In this document: in pieces, positions 55,983 to 64,000 of the stretch | Position numbering within the stretch: position 1 is the first letter of the stretch | Layout: the number at the start of each line of letters is the position of its first letter | Notes under the pieces: model-generated | Databases searched by the model: none | The model's input: the letters and a program-made list of their open reading frames with translations, nothing else | What the model was told of the DNA's origin: nothing | Position numbers and translations under genes: made by a program | Source of the DNA: Bdellovibrio sp. | GTDB lineage: Bacteria > Bdellovibrionota > Bdellovibrionia > Bdellovibrionales > Bdellovibrionaceae | Length of the DNA stretch: 64,000 bases | NCBI GenBank assembly: GCA_036676395.1 | Contig: JAKFCY010000002.1 | Coordinates: forward strand, 1,088,001 to 1,152,000 | Direction: 5' to 3'

Positions 55983-56786
55983 TTAGTTTTGCTTATTCGT
56001 GCTTTCGAAAATCTTATCAGCGGATTTAGCGATAAAGCCCTGATAAAGTTTTCCGTTTGGAAGCGCATAGCGCTTTGCAAACTCATAGTAACAAGCTGGA
56101 ATTTTAAAAGTGCCATCTTTAAACTGCACAGGCTCTGCGTTAGCCATCGTTGAAGATTGCTCCAGTAATTCAGCCGGAGTTCCTTTAATTTCGCCACCAG
56201 AGGCATTTAGCTTAACGCCAAGGCCCTTAACAAAAACATTTAGATCCTGAATGTTTTCAAACTGATCTAATTGGTTAATGTTTACAGTGAAGTGATTCGG
56301 TCTAAAGCCCCAAGCGTAAACCCAAGAAGCATATTCGCTGACTTCAGCCAATTTTTCATAAACTGAATGTTCGATCGGCCAGTGCGTGCCAGAGAAAATA
56401 AAATCTTCAGAATCAATTTTACTTTGCGGAATTAATTCAACGATTTGATTAATTGTTTTTTGAACAAATTCAGGCATTTTTTCTAGCTCAAGTTCTGAGA
56501 TAAAAATTTTCGGCATATCAGGATTTGTCTGATGTTCGTAATGTTTTGCGTATAGTTTTTTTTCTACGAAAAAGTATTCACCAGAATCTTTGTAGCCATA
56601 CTTTTCAAAGTGTTTAGCTAAAGACTTGATCCCAAGCTTAGGGTGGTTAAACGTTCTTAATGCGATATGATCGTTTAAGACATGTTTATTGTTTTTTGAA
56701 AAAGCTTGATAAATTTGAGCAGCCTGCGGATTCATTTTGCAGTAATCGGCCCACATCGTGTCTAAAAGTTGATTCAGGTTATTCAT
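55983..56786 (-). CDS. DUF1338 family protein
   Basis: NDHIALRTF, PKIFISEL, SEYASW, NHFTV, LLEQSST, YYEFAKRY, LYQGFIAKSADKIFEST. Confidence 0.85.
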   Translation of the reverse strand: MNNLNQLLDTMWADYCKMNPQAAQIYQAFSKNNKHVLNDHIALRTFNHPKLGIKSLAKHFEKYGYKDSGEYFFVEKKLYAKHYEHQTNPDMPKIFISELELEKMPEFVQKTINQIVELIPQSKIDSEDFIFSGTHWPIEHSVYEKLAEVSEYASWVYAWGFRPNHFTVNINQLDQFENIQDLNVFVKGLGVKLNASGGEIKGTPAELLEQSSTMANAEPVQFKDGTFKIPACYYEFAKRYALPNGKLYQGFIAKSADKIFESTNKQN

Positions 56787-56954
56787 GCCCAAAAGTATAC
56801 TGAAACTTGCTTCATATTTGCAAGCCTGTCTAGATTATGAATAAATATGCGTTAATGAAGTTGTCGAAGATACGGTGCAACCGATGTGCTTTAGTGCAGA
56901 TCATCGGTTGTTGCCATTAGCAAAGTGTAATAATTAACTGGGATAAGAAATGTT

Positions 56955-56983
56955 AAAGGGCTCCATTTTGATGAGCCCTTTTT
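56955..56983. terminator. Intrinsic terminator downstream of rpmG (possibly bidirectional)
   Basis: AAAGGGCTC-CATTTTGAT-GAGCCCTTTTT. Confidence 0.7.
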
Positions 56984-57043
56984 CCATAGATGCTAAAATT
57001 TCTTTATCTGTAAGATAATACTTAAAGAATTAACTTTCGTTAA

Positions 57044-57223
57044 TTACTTAGTTTCTCTGTGAACAGTGTGTTTTTGCATGTTTGGATTGTATTTTTTCTT
57101 TTCAAGACGACCAGGTGTTTTAGTTTTGTTTTTAGTCGTAGTGTAACGAGAAACTGGTTTGCCTGCACCTTTTGCTTCAGTACATTCTAAAGTTACGATA
57201 ATGCGTCCAGATTTTTTTGCCAT
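57044..57223 (-). CDS. rpmG: 50S ribosomal protein L33 (non-zinc-ribbon type)
   Basis: [16 protein letters not shown]...SRYTTTKN...RLEKKKYNP...HRETK; GGAG RBS. Confidence 0.95.
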   Translation of the reverse strand: MAKKSGRIIVTLECTEAKGAGKPVSRYTTTKNKTKTPGRLEKKKYNPNMQKHTVHRETK

Positions 57224-57300
57224 AGTAGTGCTCCATTTAAAATAACGAACGACTATATAAAAAGATTTACCCCGTAGAGTCAATCGAATATAAGTTTCTT

Positions 57301-58161
57301 ATGTCATTAAATACACTCCTCATAGCTATTATTTCGGTGATTCTGCCTCTAACTGCCTCAGCGCAGATCTATGACGGCTCAACAAATACTCAGATCGAAT
57401 TAAACCAAGTTATAGAGCAAATTAAGCCAGGGCACATCTTAGTCATCGGTGAATTGCACGGGCTAAAGCTAATCCATGATCAGCAAATGGGCATTTTGCA
57501 GGCTTTGCGTGAGCGTGGCCACAAGATCGCCGTTGGTATGGAGTTCTTCAATTATACAGATCAAGCTTTAATTAACGATTTCCGTGCTGGCCGCCTTTTA
57601 GAAGCCGACTTCAAAAAAGCCATCGGCTGGGGAGCTAATGATTTTAATCTTTATGGGCCACAGTTAATGTTCGGCGAAGCTGGTTTAGGGATTAATATTC
57701 CAAGAGCTGTGACAAGCCAGATTTCAAAAAACGGTCTTGCCTCGCTTACGCCAGAACAGCAACTTTTAATGCCGCCAGATTTTATGATGGGTAACGAAGC
57801 CTATAAGCGCCGATTCTTTGAAGTGATGGGCGGGCATGTGCCTCCAGAAAAATTTATCAACTACTTTGCGGCTCAATCGGTGTGGGATGAAACAATGGCT
57901 TGGCAGGCTTTAAACTTCGTTAAAGCAAATCCAGAATATACTTATGTAATTATCGTCGGCGAGTTTCACGTGGCTTATGGTGGCGGCCTTCCAGACCGTT
58001 TACGCTGGCGCCTGAATGAATCAAATATGTGTAGCCCCATTGAAATCAAAACGGTTTCGCAAGTCTACACTGAAGGATTAACCCCAGAAGAGATTCAAAA
58101 AGAAATTGCGCCATCAGAACTTGACGGCGCACGTGCGGATTTTATTTTCTTAAGTAAATAA
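57301..58161 (+). CDS. ChaN-family (haem-binding uptake / Tiki-like) exported protein
   Basis: IGELH, VGMEFF, GINIPR, AQSVWDETMA, VGEFHVAYGGGLP. Confidence 0.8.
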   Translation: MSLNTLLIAIISVILPLTASAQIYDGSTNTQIELNQVIEQIKPGHILVIGELHGLKLIHDQQMGILQALRERGHKIAVGMEFFNYTDQALINDFRAGRLLEADFKKAIGWGANDFNLYGPQLMFGEAGLGINIPRAVTSQISKNGLASLTPEQQLLMPPDFMMGNEAYKRRFFEVMGGHVPPEKFINYFAAQSVWDETMAWQALNFVKANPEYTYVIIVGEFHVAYGGGLPDRLRWRLNESNMCSPIEIKTVSQVYTEGLTPEEIQKEIAPSELDGARADFIFLSK

Positions 58162-58162
58162 C

Positions 58163-59659
58163 TTATTCTTCGTCATGAGCGTGAGAGGTCTCGGGTTCAT
58201 TCGCCAGATTTTCGATTGGATCAGAAATTTTTTCTGAAACAGTTCCTAAACCTTCAACTTTATAAGTCGACCAGTCTAAAGGTTTTTTATCTTTGTTCAA
58301 TAAAACTGAACGTACAAATATTGTTGAACCTTTACCGTATTGTTTAATTAAATCGTCTTTAGAAATGGACGTTGTCTTTTGAGTCTGAAAGTTCACCTGC
58401 AGTTCGACAGAACCTTTGGTTAATTTCAACATTTTTACATCTTGTGGGTCGACGACAGCTTCAAAGGCTTTATCGCTTTGATCAAGGCGAACGCGTGCTA
58501 AAAAAGGAGCTGCGATATTTTTAATTGAGTTATCATCTTTTAATTTATCAAAGTTACCTGCACGGTACGCTTCATAAGTAGGTTGGTCTAAACTATCTAA
58601 CCAGTCGGCGTATTCAGTGTAGGTGACGCAGCGAACTTCTGGTCTGTTACAAACTAAGTTCGAGAACTCTTTCATCGCATCCCAATAAGCTGAACCATTC
58701 CATTTAGAAAAGTGGTGACCGATATGAACCGGAGCACGACCACCGAAGTAGTTCTCTTTGAAATAAAAATTATAACTGTCTAACATTTGTTGTTTAAAAC
58801 GAAGTCTTTCTTCTTCTGTTAATCCTGGTTTAGAAGCACCTGCAGAGTGATAAACTAACCAGTTAAAATCCATCGATAGAGTTGTTCTATTTGTTCCGGC
58901 AATTTTAATTCTGCCTAAAGGAAAATTCCAGCCGCCCCAGTTTTGTTTTTGTGGCCAATAATTCGGAGCTGAACTTTTTGAAGTGTCATATCTGAAACCA
59001 TGCTTTTGCAAAGTTGGCCATAAACCATCCGTATAAGCTAATAACGGGGCACGAAAGCCCACGATGTTTTCTGGCTTAAAGGCAAAACCACTTGGAGGGT
59101 ATTGTTTTGGCTGTGGCAGTTTATTTAAAGCAAAGATATTAAAAAACAAAGTGTTAAATTGGTTGAATTCAGAATCCCAGGCGTTGGCATCCCATGTGTT
59201 ACCAAACATCGGATCGCCTTTGTCGCGACCTGTTTGGTCACAGTGAGCATTGGCGTGCGAGCCGATTTCATGACCTTTTAAGTAGGCTGCATTCGTTAAA
59301 TTCACGCGTAGAGGAAGTTTTGCTTTGTCGGTTTCCCAACCGATGCAGCTGACCGACTTATTTAACATCGGCGTCGTGTAATTATGTTTTTCGCTTTGAT
59401 GAAGATAATAAACAGGATTTACAAAATAAGTAAAACGGACCAAATTATTTTTGGCTTGGTTATTAGTTTTTACAGTCTCGGCGAAGTCGATTGATTCTTT
59501 CCAGAAGTCATTTGATTTTGAACCATCAAAAGCTAAGAGCACAAACTGTGGCGGGCGTTCAACCGATGTCGGTTTTCTGCTTTGCTGTTTGTTTTTTTGG
59601 GCGTAAACAGTCGGAGTCGCTAAAAGCATAACTAAGGCAAAGTTGATCCAATTTTTCAT
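58163..59659 (-). CDS. Secreted polysaccharide deacetylase-like (CE4) protein
   Basis: Signal peptide from ATG 59659; PPQFVLLAFDG, GHEIGSHANAH, GFRAPLL, FRYDTS, IGHHF. Confidence 0.8.
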   Translation of the reverse strand: MKNWINFALVMLLATPTVYAQKNKQQSRKPTSVERPPQFVLLAFDGSKSNDFWKESIDFAETVKTNNQAKNNLVRFTYFVNPVYYLHQSEKHNYTTPMLNKSVSCIGWETDKAKLPLRVNLTNAAYLKGHEIGSHANAHCDQTGRDKGDPMFGNTWDANAWDSEFNQFNTLFFNIFALNKLPQPKQYPPSGFAFKPENIVGFRAPLLAYTDGLWPTLQKHGFRYDTSKSSAPNYWPQKQNWGGWNFPLGRIKIAGTNRTTLSMDFNWLVYHSAGASKPGLTEEERLRFKQQMLDSYNFYFKENYFGGRAPVHIGHHFSKWNGSAYWDAMKEFSNLVCNRPEVRCVTYTEYADWLDSLDQPTYEAYRAGNFDKLKDDNSIKNIAAPFLARVRLDQSDKAFEAVVDPQDVKMLKLTKGSVELQVNFQTQKTTSISKDDLIKQYGKGSTIFVRSVLLNKDKKPLDWSTYKVEGLGTVSEKISDPIENLANEPETSHAHDEE

Positions 59660-59805
59660 GCGCAAAATCCAGTGTAAAAAGTTTTGACAGGAAATACCTT
59701 CACAAACGGGCTGTTTTAAAGAGTTTCTCCTCTGAAATTGTCGGTTTTTAGTCAGTGAAACTGAAGGCCATTGAGGAAATCTTGTCATTGTATTAAAATG
59801 AACCG

Positions 59806-60636
59806 GTGCAAATCACCGTAAAAATACTTAAAACTGCTGCAGCCCTAGTGGGACTTGTTTTTCTGAACGCCTGTGCAGAGAAACCTGCAGACCGTGGCTT
59901 TACAAATCAATTAGCCACGCCGGTCGAGCAAATCGTTGGCGGCACTGAAGTGACTAGTTCAAAGCTTGTCGATAGCTTATTTGTCTTACTTATTTCTGAT
60001 AACAACGGCGCACCGCAAGTTTGCACCGGTATGTTTATCACTAAAAAACATATTCTTACAGCTGCACATTGTGTGAACGATCTTGAAAGTTTAAGTTTGA
60101 TTACAGGAGTGAATCCGCTAGCCAGTGAAGACGGCCTAATGCTAACGCCAGTTCAAATTGATCGCCATGAGCACTACAACGAAAAATCAGTTATGGATCG
60201 AAACGATCTGGCTATCATCACTATTGCCGAAGAAGTTCAATTAGCTAAAAAAGATTTTCCGCAATTGCCTGATGAAAACATGATTCAAAAAATTGAAACG
60301 GCTGACAATATTGAATTTATGGCCGTGGGTTATGGCAAGACCACTTCAATTGTTAATCCAGAAGAACGTACTGAAGGTGTATTAAGAGCGGTGCGTTTAC
60401 AAACTACCAGCAAGAATTCAGCGGTGTTTATGGTGAATCAAACAAATGGCAAAGGTGTTTGTTACGGTGATTCTGGTGGGCCAGCTTTAAAGATTTATAA
60501 TGAAAACTTATATTTAATTGGGATAGCTTCCGGTATTTACGACGTTGATAACGTTAAAGTTGACGAATGTAAGCAGGGTTCACTTTATATGAACATCGCT
60601 TCGCACATCGCGTGGATTCGCACGATCATTAAGTAG
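59806..60636 (+). CDS. Trypsin-like (S1) serine protease lipoprotein
   Basis: Lipobox LNAC, IVGG, TAAHC, DLAI, GDSGGP. Confidence 0.92.
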   Translation: MQITVKILKTAAALVGLVFLNACAEKPADRGFTNQLATPVEQIVGGTEVTSSKLVDSLFVLLISDNNGAPQVCTGMFITKKHILTAAHCVNDLESLSLITGVNPLASEDGLMLTPVQIDRHEHYNEKSVMDRNDLAIITIAEEVQLAKKDFPQLPDENMIQKIETADNIEFMAVGYGKTTSIVNPEERTEGVLRAVRLQTTSKNSAVFMVNQTNGKGVCYGDSGGPALKIYNENLYLIGIASGIYDVDNVKVDECKQGSLYMNIASHIAWIRTIIK

Positions 60637-60637
60637 A

Positions 60638-61219
60638 CTATTTTTTAAAAAGTTCCATTTGCGTTAAGATATCAGCGACGATGTCTGTGGCTTTTTTCAT
60701 TTTTGTGAAAAAGTCATTTTCTGCTGTAATGATCTGACGGTTAGGGTGACCTTCCCAGCTTGAGCGCACCTTATCATTTAATAGATAGGCTTCATGAAAA
60801 GATTCTGTGCGAATGGCGTTGGTGGTGTCGTAACCGTCTTCAGTCGCGGTATCTAAGTGTAAAACCCAGTCGTACCTGGCAAGCTCTGCTTCGCGTGTAG
60901 AGTTGATGTTTTTAAAAAAGTGATCGGCATTATCTGGCCAGTAAGCTAATGAATCTAAAGATCCACGATCGCAAATAATCAGTGAATCCGGATGGCTATC
61001 AACTAATAGATCTTCGATATGGCGCAAAGTCGATACGATCGCTAATTGACCATGATAATAGCCAGCATAATTTTTAATACGTGGAAAACCACCTTTATAC
61101 AAAATTGAAGCAGCTTCGGGAGCTACTTGGATTTTGCTTCCGAATTCTTTTTTTAAGACTTCAATTAAAGTTGTTTTTCCGCCGGAAGGTCCGCCGGTGA
61201 TCGCTAGCTTTTTTGCCAT
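60638..61219 (-). CDS. P-loop ATPase/kinase (AAA_28, NadR/Ttd14-like)
   Basis: ITGGPSGGKTT, EAAS, ICDRG; start moved to ATG 61219. Confidence 0.8.
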   Translation of the reverse strand: MAKKLAITGGPSGGKTTLIEVLKKEFGSKIQVAPEAASILYKGGFPRIKNYAGYYHGQLAIVSTLRHIEDLLVDSHPDSLIICDRGSLDSLAYWPDNADHFFKNINSTREAELARYDWVLHLDTATEDGYDTTNAIRTESFHEAYLLNDKVRSSWEGHPNRQIITAENDFFTKMKKATDIVADILTQMELFKK

Positions 61220-61220
61220 G

Positions 61221-62534
61221 TTATGCCTTAGGTATGCATTTGCTAACGATGTCATGACCGATCCAAGCAACAGGCTGCTGCGGCTTGAAGGCGTCATGAA
61301 GCATAATATAGCCACATGATTTAAAAATAATTTCGCTCAATATCGGGCTCATTAAAGCTTTTTCATCTTTATGAAACGCTACGATTTCATCAGAAAGAGC
61401 CAGCATAGTTTCCATTTGCTCTTTCGTTGAATGTTGCGGCCAAGTTGCGAAATCACTTGTGCCATGTTTTTCTGAAAAATTCATAAAATGATCGATCTTG
61501 GTAAACATTTGCTCCATCATTTGCGGTTCTTTTAAAACATTTTCGCAATCAGCAAATAGTTTCGCCGTGATCGGGTGGGTCGGTTGTTCACGTTTTAATG
61601 AGCGTAGCAGGTTGTATAAAGCAATTTCTACGCCTTGAAAAATAGAGCTCGAGTTCGTCAAAATTTCTGGACAGTTGTACACACAAGTTTGCACGCCTTG
61701 TTGAAACCATTTTTTAGAATAATTTTCTAAATCAATCTTAGCCCAGCCTTGAATGTAAGGCGCATAAGACTGCCAACGGTATTCGCTATCAATAATGACT
61801 TCAGTGCCGTGGTAACCATAAGCTACATACGACGCTGAAATGTTTTTAGCTTTAAGTTTTTCACGTAAGGCTGTTGATTCTTCAACTAATACATCAAAGG
61901 TTTCAGCAGTGACTGCATGAAAGTTAGCTTTTAAGTAATTGCCAATCGTGCTATTCCAGAATTCGCTAGAAGCTAACCAGCGATCGCCTGTGCCTTTGAA
62001 TACGCGATTCATTAACGGCAATACGATTTTAGCACGCGGAACACCGCCAGCCATTAAATGCGCAAAGTGCACATGATTGCCTGGTTGTAAGTTGGCTAAA
62101 ACGGTTTTTTCTAATTGGGTAACAAACTCAGCCGTTTGTTTTGCAAAACGAGCACGGCCTTTGGCTGCACATTCAGTTATTGTTTTTTCTGAAAGTTGAA
62201 TGTTTTGCCATTCGCTAAGTTTAACACCTTTTAGGTAATCATTTGGTGTTTGGCCCGAGCTATCAGTTTCTAAATCAAAACCAGCCTCTAAAGCCACATT
62301 AATGAAAGGCTTGGGAATATTTTTTGATTCTTCTTCAGTTAAAGCGCGAAGGTTATTATTTTCGTCACGACGACCAACCGTTGCACGAACGACAGTTAAG
62401 CCATGGTGTTCGGCTTCTTCAACTAATCCATTGGCATAACCACGGTTAAATAATTCACCGAATAAAACTAAAACATCACCTTTTTTAAAAGGCACTTCTT
62501 GGGGGCGTGTACGAATTGGCGTAAATTGTTTCAT
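61221..62534 (-). CDS. Probable FabMG-family enoyl-ACP reductase
   Basis: GDVLVLFGELFNRGYANGL, TVGRR, INVALEAGFD, HLMAGGVPR, YGYHG, PEILTNSS recalled as FabMG-family motifs; not verified by search. Confidence 0.7.
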   Translation of the reverse strand: MKQFTPIRTRPQEVPFKKGDVLVLFGELFNRGYANGLVEEAEHHGLTVVRATVGRRDENNNLRALTEEESKNIPKPFINVALEAGFDLETDSSGQTPNDYLKGVKLSEWQNIQLSEKTITECAAKGRARFAKQTAEFVTQLEKTVLANLQPGNHVHFAHLMAGGVPRAKIVLPLMNRVFKGTGDRWLASSEFWNSTIGNYLKANFHAVTAETFDVLVEESTALREKLKAKNISASYVAYGYHGTEVIIDSEYRWQSYAPYIQGWAKIDLENYSKKWFQQGVQTCVYNCPEILTNSSSIFQGVEIALYNLLRSLKREQPTHPITAKLFADCENVLKEPQMMEQMFTKIDHFMNFSEKHGTSDFATWPQHSTKEQMETMLALSDEIVAFHKDEKALMSPILSEIIFKSCGYIMLHDAFKPQQPVAWIGHDIVSKCIPKA

Positions 62535-62598
62535 AAGGGCATCATTTTACACAATACAGCCCATGACTCAACGCTGTTTTTTGTGCTACCTTATTTCT

Positions 62599-63318
62599 AT
62601 GCGCGTCGTAAGTTTTGTACCCTCATGGACTGAAACATTAATCGCTTCTGGTGTAGAGGTCGTTGGCCGCACACGCTTTTGTATTCACCCTGAACGCGCT
62701 GTTAAAAGCATTGCTGTTGTCGGAGGTACAAAGAATATCCTGATTGATCAGGTGGTGGCATTGAAGCCAGATTTCGTGTTGTTTGATAAAGAAGAAAATA
62801 ATCAAGAGATGTATCAACTTTGCCTTGATCGCGGGCTAAATTGTTATGCGACGCATGTTACCGATCTTAAATCCTGTGGTGAAGAGCTTTTGCGGTTAGC
62901 TAAGCTAGTGAAAAACGATCAGCTCGCCGTTTGGGGTAATACCTATTTGTCTTTGCCACCACGTTCTTTAAGTCATTTTAAAAACTGTGTTTTAGACGGC
63001 GATTTTTTGCCGGCCGCAAGTTATTCATACGTGATTTGGAAAAATCCTTTCATGTGTGTTTCGCCAAACACCTTTATTGCTGATGTACTTAAACTTTTCG
63101 GCATCGAATTGCATCACAGTGAAGTAAAATATCCTGAAATCGCAGGTGAAGAGCTGAAAAAAACTTTTTGCCTTTTTTCATCAGAACCGTTTCCATTTGC
63201 GAAGCATTACGCTGAATTAAAAACTCAAGGCTTTAACGGCGTGCTGGTCGATGGTGAACATTTAAGTTGGTACGGAATTAGGACTTTAAAATTTCTGCAA
63301 TCGCCTGAACAGTCTTAA
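62599..63318 (+). CDS. Helical-backbone metal receptor (BtuF-like) protein
   Basis: MRVVSFVPSWTETL, VGRTRFCIHP, VGGTKN, SSEPFPF, DGEHLSWYG. Confidence 0.8.
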   Translation: MRVVSFVPSWTETLIASGVEVVGRTRFCIHPERAVKSIAVVGGTKNILIDQVVALKPDFVLFDKEENNQEMYQLCLDRGLNCYATHVTDLKSCGEELLRLAKLVKNDQLAVWGNTYLSLPPRSLSHFKNCVLDGDFLPAASYSYVIWKNPFMCVSPNTFIADVLKLFGIELHHSEVKYPEIAGEELKKTFCLFSSEPFPFAKHYAELKTQGFNGVLVDGEHLSWYGIRTLKFLQSPEQS

Positions 63319-64000
63319 GGCTTCCGCCTTGTTTGCGTTCAGTGCGTTGTTTTAATTCTTTTAATTGATCTTGGTTGTTTTCAAAATAAGTAACAGCTTC
63401 AATAAATTCATGACCATTCGTTACAGTTTTAACCAGGCTCAACTTTTTAAAAGCAATGGCCTCAGGATTATTTTGATAATACGGACCGGTGATCACGAAG
63501 TTGCCGGCACATAAAGGCTCCATCACAGAATGCACTCGCGAGACAAACGAGCCACCAACAAAGCTAATTTTGGAATAACGGTAAAAATCAGCTAATACAC
63601 CAATGCGATCAATAACTAGAATATCAAATTCTTCATTCGGCTGATGAGCGGCCAGTTTAAGTACTTTGTGTGAAGGTAATTGCTTTTTGAGTTCTAAATA
63701 CAAGTCTTGCGCATAATTAATATCATGGGGTGCCCAGATCAAGGAAAAGCCTTTAGCTAAAAGATCTTTGGCGATGGGTTTAATAATCGCATCGTCTTTT
63801 GGCCAAGTAGAACCAAAAGTAATTCTTTTTGCATTTGAATCGAGTTGAATCAAAGTTTTTTGCTGTAGCCTGAAAAATACTTGGTCAAAACGGGTATCGG
63901 GAATATAAATCACTTTAGTTTTTGGCAGTAAATTTCGAATGTAGCTAACTTGGTCTTCTTCGACACAGCTAAAAAAACTAAAATTAGAGCAGCAAAATTT
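63278..64000 (-). CDS. waaA: 3-deoxy-D-manno-octulosonic acid transferase, 5'-partial
   Basis: DTRFD, GSTW, APH, IGVLADFY, FVGGSF, HSVMEP, GP; frame stays open to the window edge. Confidence 0.85.
   Translation of the reverse strand, partial: KFCCSNFSFFSCVEEDQVSYIRNLLPKTKVIYIPDTRFDQVFFRLQQKTLIQLDSNAKRITFGSTWPKDDAIIKPIAKDLLAKGFSLIWAPHDINYAQDLYLELKKQLPSHKVLKLAAHQPNEEFDILVIDRIGVLADFYRYSKISFVGGSFVSRVHSVMEPLCAGNFVITGPYYQNNPEAIAFKKLSLVKTVTNGHEFIEAVTYFENNQDQLKELKQRTERKQGGSLKTVQAIAEILKS

Noticed and set aside
1944..61319. Numerous 60-120 aa ORFs nested in or antisense to long genes
   Set aside because: Shadow ORFs with no motifs, fully overlapping well-supported CDSs.

Overview
A gene-dense chromosomal window from a predatory Bdellovibrionota bacterium (Bdellovibrio/Pseudobdellovibrio-like, inferred from gene content). 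Positions 1-20222 are an accessory array of four secreted fibre proteins of about 1450-1600 aa with C-terminal S74-type autocleaving chaperones (MAT-like prey-recognition fibres). The first fibre is truncated by the window edge and is translationally coupled to a tandem fibrinogen-like protein. The three complete fibre genes share an identically spaced CCGAYAR-N7-GTG start, which suggests sigma28-driven leaderless transcripts. The rest of the window mixes core genes (ettA, mreC-mreD-mrdA-rodA, ppiD-like, cdd, maf, folE2, fur, uvrA, rpmG, FabMG-type ENR, waaA) with secreted hydrolases and uncharacterised exported proteins. Notable non-coding signals are: a structured intergenic region after ettA with a 19-bp perfect inverted repeat and triplicated gene end; a Fur box over the fur promoter; paired sigma54-type promoters ahead of an uncharacterised secreted protein/subtilase/lipoprotein locus; a recurring GTYTCA-N3-TGARAY palindrome; REP-like repeats; and many apparently leaderless genes. 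No rRNA, tRNA, CRISPR array, transposase, integrase or reverse transcriptase was recognised. Family assignments come from motif recognition by eye, not from database searches.
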